DNA of 64,000 nt from Lepidodermella squamata (lineage: Eukaryota; Animalia; Gastrotricha), in contig JBLDXI010000024.1 in NCBI GenBank assembly GCA_047495785.1, positions 2,232,001 through 2,296,000 on the forward strand. Direction: 5' to 3'. Both the position numbers and the translations under genes were made by a program. This document shows, one piece after another, positions 58,501-64,000 of the stretch; within the stretch, counting starts at the first letter, position 1; each line of letters starts with the position of its first letter. The notes beneath the pieces were generated by a model. That model worked only from the letters and a program-made list of their open reading frames with translations. It did not search any database and was not told the origin of the DNA.

Positions 58501-61500
58501 GAATTATTGACTTTTTTCTTGCAATTTTCAGCAATGATCACGGTCACTGTCTGTGGAATATCCCGAATGATCTCGAACTACAACGCCGCGTCGATAACGA
58601 CTACACGCAGTTCCCGGGTGTTACCTACGACACGAATTTCCAGTGCCAACTCGTCTTCGGCCGTTCGTCCCGCGTCTGCCCGTACATGCCTGTTTGCAAA
58701 CGACTGTGGTGCACGGCTGACATTGGCGAATCGGACGGGTGCCGCACCCAGCACATGCCATGGGCGGACGGGACGTCGTGCGGCCAGAATCGGTGGTGCA
58801 TCAAAGGCGAGTGCGTCGACAAGGACTTGAGACCGGAGCCTGTCGACGGCCAGTGGAGTGCCTGGTCGACTTATGGACCGTGTTCGAGGACATGCGGTGG
58901 TGGTATAAAAATGGCAACTAGATCTTGCAATAACCCACCGTTAGTAATTTAGCTTTATTTTTGAAATTTCGGAAAATATTTGAAATTTTTATGAGATTAA
59001 CATTTTTTAGTTTCAATTTTTTTTGAAATTTTCAAGTTTTCTTTTTCGATTTTTCAATATATTTATTTTTTATTTCTCAGGCCATCAAACGGCGGCAAAT
59101 TTTGTCTTGGCGAGCGTCAAAAGTTCAAATCCTGCAACACTAAGGAATGTCCGCCGAATACACCCGATTTTAGGGAGGAACAGTGTGCTAAGTACAATGG
59201 CGACAATTCACGGGCCGAACGGCTTCCTCAGAACGTTTTCTGGGTGCCAAAACACGATGGTGAATTGTCAAGATTTTTCTAAAATATCTGTTTAATTATT
59301 TGAATTTTTCTAGTCGATCCTCGATTTCGTTGCAAGTTGTACTGCGAGGCGTTCGGTACTGGTATCTCAGTTCTAATGGAGAGCCAGGTTATCGATGGTA
59401 CCAAATGTGGGCCTGATACGACCGATATTTGCGTAGCTGGTGTATGCCATGTAAGTTTTTCCCTGAATGGAATTTAATATTTGGCAAAATAGAATTTATT
59501 AAAACAGAAATAAATTATCAAAAATAAAATGAATAATAAATAATAGGAGAATTGAATTTTTAGAATTTGAATTTCAAATTTCAAATTATTTAAAACTTGA
59601 GGTCTAACATTTCCAAATGTTAAGGTTCTCGCACAAACTCGTTTCTATTTTTTTTTCTTACGCATACGAGGAAAAACATACGCACACAGCGAATCGCATA
59701 CACCCGCCAGCTCACAAACTGATTTCTTTTTTCCTCGTATGTAATTTCTTTTTGCTCCGTCAAGTCGTCGAAAAAAGCGATGGCGGCACGTTGAGACGAA
59801 CCCTTGACGCTCTCACAAACATCGATAATTATATCGACTTGGCTAAGCCGTCAAGCTTAATGTGTGACCTATAAATTAGGTTTTAAGGCAAAAAATGCCC
59901 TGATGCTTGCCAGCAATTAGGTCAAATATCATGACTCATGCCCGCGTTTGACCCAGAAAACACGAATGGCTTTAGCAGCCAATTATCGGCCAGTTTAGAG
60001 TAATAAATAAATGTGATGCAACATGGTGCAGTTGCTATTATACTGGCCTGTTCAACAGGCGGACAGGGTTCGAGCCCCGTCAAAGTTGGCCATTTTTTTC
60101 AGTGGCCTCTTTGATCAGAAATTACATACGAGGAAAAAAGAAATCAGTTTGTGAGCTGGCGGGTGTATGCGATTTCTTTCTGCAAACACATACGACCCGC
60201 AAAAAAAACTTATTGCTTATTAGCAAAAAAAATTACATGACGAGTATGTGCGCACTCCTTTATGAAATGTAGATTTTTCGCAAAAGGCCCAAAAATATCG
60301 AAAATGCTTAATTTTATAGATATAATTATTTTTTTAATATGCTCGCCTTCCACCTTAAAACTTTTTTCATTTTGCTAATTGTTATTCAATTTTTTAGCCT
60401 GCGGGTTGCGACAACAAGCTATATTCGAACGCGCAGTTTGACAAGTGCGGTGTCTGCGGTGGCGATAATACAACATGCGTCAGTGTGGAGGACACGTTCA
60501 CGCGGCACATGAAATACGGCTACAACGACATCGTCACGGTGCCACGCGGTGCGGCTAACATTGAAATCGAACAATTCACTGTCAACTCGGAACGAGGAGA
60601 CGAAAATTACCTGGGTAAGTTCATTCCCTCAAGTCGTACAATATCTTGCAATTTTTATGTAAAAATTGTTGAAAAAAATCGAAGCAATTTAAAATTTCAT
60701 ATTTTCAAAATAAAAAGAGCGAAAATAAAAATTCCTCCTTAAAATTTTTTTTCTCAGAAATTTTGATTTTTTGAAATTTGAATAAGAATTCGTTTTTGAC
60801 GCAATAAAATTGTGAAATTTTGGCATTTTTCAGCTCTTCGAAGTTCAAATGGCGAGTATTTGCTGAACGGTAACTTCCTGGTGAATGGTTTCCGGCGCGA
60901 AATTCGCGTTCGAGGCGCCGTTATCGAATACAGCGGCTCTCACAACATCGTCGAACGCCTTAACACATCATCCCAAATCGGCGAAGACCTGCACATTTCA
61001 ATCCTCGCAGTCGGCAGCCTGCAACCGGCTAAAATTCACTATAAATGGTTCATTTCCGACAAATCTAAACTGCACTACCGCTGGCGGGTCGACCTCGGCG
61101 AGTGGTCGCAGTGTGACCGTATGTGCCAGGGCCTGCGCTACATGCAGCCGCGATGCGTTGCCGATAACTCTGACGACGTAGTCGAAGACCACTTCTGCTT
61201 CGGACTCGACCAGCCGCAGTCGAAGAGCGAGCTATGCAACACCGACTGCCAGCTGACGTGGATTGTCACCCGGCAATCCCGCTGCTCGGTAACCTGCGGC
61301 GAGGGCACTATCCGCCGGCAGTTCGCCTGTGCTAAGGTCAGCTTGAACAGGGGGTTGAACGAAACGGTCGCTGATCAGAACTGCGAGGCGATTTCGCAGC
61401 GACCCAGGGAAGAAACCGCCTGTTCACTGCCCGCTTGTTACCAAGAGCCCGCGAATGACTGGGAGTACTCGGCCTGGGGCCAGTGCTCTACAACCTGCGG

Positions 61501-64000
61501 ACGCGGTTACCGGTCGAGAAAAGCTCGTTGCATCAACAGCCAAACTGGGCGTGAGGTTAGCCCGACCAAGTGCGATAGGCGCCGCAAGCAGCTGACGGAT
61601 GATGTTTGCGAGGGCCCGCCGTGTTTAAGCTGGAAGACGTCGGAATGGGAACAGTGTTCGGCAACCTGCGGCCGGGGTGTGAGGTCTCGTCACGTTTTCT
61701 GCGACTCGGACGGCGTTCCGGTCGATGACCACCACTGCAATGAAGCGGAACGGCCGGTTGATACCGAAGACTGCCCGGATCTACCAAACTGCCCGCGTTG
61801 GGTCGTCGGTAACTGGTCGAGTTGTTCGGCGACTTGCGGCCTAGGTACTGAATCTAGGTCCGTATGGTGCGCGGAGAGTGATGCCGTGATTGTGAGTGAC
61901 GCGACCTGTGCGCGGGATTCGGTCAAGCCGGATGCGGAACGGCGGTGCGAGGGCGGTGACTGCCCGTTTTGGCGCGTCGGGCCGTGGACGCAGTGTTCGA
62001 AGTCGTGCGGGTCGGGCGCGGCTCGGAAACGCGAGATTTGGTGCCAGACTAACGAGCGGCTGTTCTCGTTCGACCACTGCCCGCCTGATACTATGCCGCA
62101 CGAGGTCGAGCCGTGCGCCCTGCCCGACTGCCCGGGTTGGACTGTCTCGGAGTGGTCGCGGTGTTCGAAAACGTGCGGAACGGGCCAGCGGTTCCGAAAT
62201 GTCACGTGCCTGCCGATTGAACACCGCGATAAATGCGACGAAACTATCCGGCCTGAGTCGGTTGAGAATTGCGAGGTGAATGACTGCCCGAGTTGGGTGA
62301 CGGGTGACTGGTCACCCTGTTCGGCGACCTGCGGCCCGAATGGTGTGCAAAACAGGGCGGTCACGTGCCGGCATAACGGCGTCGCTGTGGACGAAACTTA
62401 CTGCTTCAAGGAGGATAAACCCGATGAGGTTAGGTCGTGCCCGAATCTAGGATCCTGCCCTAGTTGGCACATGACGATCTGGGGCCCGTGCTCCGCGACC
62501 TGTGGCCCTGGTACCCGGAAGCGGAATGTTGTTTGTAGGAACGAAACAACGCTACATCCGAATGAAGCCTGCGCCCTGCATTTAATGCCGGCTGAAACTA
62601 CGGCGTGTTCGAACGGCGAGTGCGCCCAGTGGACGGTGGGTGAGTGGTCACCCTGTTCCGTGACCTGCGCGGCGCCCGGGGCGATCCGCACCCGAGATGT
62701 CACGTGCACCCTAGGTCAAAACGGCCAAATCGCCCCGCCTGTTCGATGCCAGGCGCAAAAACGCCCGGTCGATCGGCAGATTTGTAAGAATCTCCCGCCG
62801 TGTCTGAAACTAGGTCACACCGACTGGTCACCCTGTTCCGTGACCTGCGGCGACGGGGTGCGCCACCGCAGCCCGGTTTGCCTGAGTGGCGATGAAATTG
62901 TTGAAATTTCGAAATGTGAAAATTTGACTGAGACAATATCGGCGCCGTTGAGTGAGCCATGCTCCGTGCCCGGCAACTGCCCGCAGTGGAAACCCGGGCC
63001 CTGGTCGGTTTGTTCCTCATCATGCGGCACTGGCGAGCAGAAACGGGATGTCTGGTGCGAATCAAACGGCCGGTCTGAGAGTGATTACGTTTGCAGTCAC
63101 CTTCCTAAGCCCGAGAATTGGAAGGTCTGCTGGGGTGACCAATGCCCGACTTGGGCGTTTTCGGCCTGGGAACCCTGTAGCCAAAGCTGTGGTACCGGGG
63201 TTCAGGGCCGACAGGTTTGGTGCCAGCTGGGTAATATGACTAAATTCGATAACGGGTCATTCGTCGAACCTAACCCGGCCGATGCGGTTAGTCCTCACCT
63301 GTGCCAGGGTATAGCCCGGCCGCCTAGTTACCAGCCGTGTACCGGGTCTGACTGTCCGGTTTGGTTCGCGACCGATTATTCGGAATGTTCCGTGCGGTGT
63401 GGCGGCGGTCAGCAGTACCGATCGGTATTCTGCGTCCAGAACAGCTCAATCCCACTCAAGCCCGCTTCATCCATGGCCAACACGACGAAAATATTAGCTG
63501 AATCTCTGAATTTACTGCAAATCGAAAAATGCGATCTGGATTCGAAGCCGGAAACTGTGCGGCATTGCAACGCGTTTTCCTGCTCGAATTGGACGGTAAC
63601 CGATTGGGACGGGTGTATACCAGATTTGGATGACCAGTTGAAATCGTCGTCTCGCGAGAATGTTCAGCCGAATTGCGGCGTTTTGACCGGGAAGCGGCGG
63701 CGTGTTGTCGCGTGCCAGGATGTTGTTACGCAACAAAAACTGCCTGATGATTCATGCTCGAGTGAGGCGAAGCCGGTTGAACTCGAGGGCTGTTCGGTTG
63801 AGATAAAATGTTCGCCGCTTGTTATCGACGACGGGCAAAGTTTGGTTGAACGCAGCGCGCCGAAGCGCATCTATCCGACGAGGCGAAAATTGGCGCTGAC
63901 AAATTTTGATATTCAAAATGCGGTTGATTCAGCGCTGAAGACTACGACGAAACCGGTTGCGGCGGGTCAAATGGCTGAAACGAGTACGCTGGTTGCGGCG
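52563..64000 (+). CDS. ADAMTS9/20/GON-1-like metalloprotease (3' end outside the window)
   Basis: Exons 52563-52725, 53495-54012, 54409-54583, 56531-57356, 58532-58939, 59081-59259, 59314-59450, 60398-60614 and 60834 to >64000, all phase-compatible. Furin sites [22 protein letters not shown], Met-turn VMAP, disintegrin-like, TSP1, Cys-rich, spacer, then about 15 TSP1 repeats. Confidence 0.93.
55591..55753. mobile_element. MITE with TACCGAAAATTACCGAAC TIRs; second copy at ~56276-56431
   Basis: Inverted ends; the internal TTTCTTCGGTGAAATC.CGCGT is shared by both copies. Confidence 0.7.
55790..56196. repeat. MITE-like family; related copy at ~57900-58363
   Basis: GGGTTCCAAC...GTTGGACCC imperfect inverted ends. 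ATCGATTCCAAGTAT, TTTTCCGATATCAGC and AGTATCGATCAA are shared between the copies. Confidence 0.55.
59692..60174. mobile_element. Intronic element with a perfect 58-bp inverted repeat
   Basis: 59692-59749 is the exact reverse complement of 60117-60174. Confidence 0.8.
60018..60099 (+). ncRNA. tRNA-derived (SINE-like/pseudo-tRNA) Pol III unit
   Basis: A-box-like TGGTGCAGTTG (60024-60034), hairpin GCCTG/CAGGC, B-box GGTTCGAGCCC (60067-60077) and a T7 terminator. The acceptor stem and anticodon loop are non-canonical. Confidence 0.5.

Noticed and set aside
60018-60090. Functional tRNA gene
   Set aside because: The acceptor stem pairs poorly and the anticodon loop is not 7 nt; kept only as tRNA-derived.
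61557-63870. Several antisense or alternative-frame ORFs up to 224 aa
   Set aside because: These are shadows of the GC-rich TSP1-coding exon.

Overview
Eukaryotic (invertebrate-like animal) genomic DNA with compact GT-AG introns, mostly 47-65 bp; the organism cannot be identified from sequence alone. There are three blocks. (1) 1-21.8 kb: a co-oriented minus-strand trio. It comprises a J-domain-like/multi-TM gene split in-frame by an intact two-ORF LINE, a NEK-like pseudokinase-ankyrin gene carrying frameshifts, and a giant GB1/RHD3/VLIG-type GTPase gene whose 5.2-kb intron is filled with nested repeats and which continues off the left edge. The ankyrin protein and the GTPase share an unrecognised 115-aa domain (98/115 identical, 344 bp without indels), the strongest candidate for an undescribed paired system. 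(2) 22.4-50.2 kb: a duplicated cluster bracketed by two DxD glycosyltransferase-like paralogs. It holds one simple S1 protease, three intronless GABA-B-type class C GPCRs (long ICL2, almost no C-tail) and three convergently oriented multi-exon Cys-rich/LamG-like/trypsin proteases with variable specificity loops. (3) 52.5 kb to the end: the 5' part of an ADAMTS9/20/GON-1-like metalloprotease, with MITE-filled introns and a >3.1-kb exon carrying about 15 TSP1 repeats. All exon boundaries were read by eye; no database searches were run.
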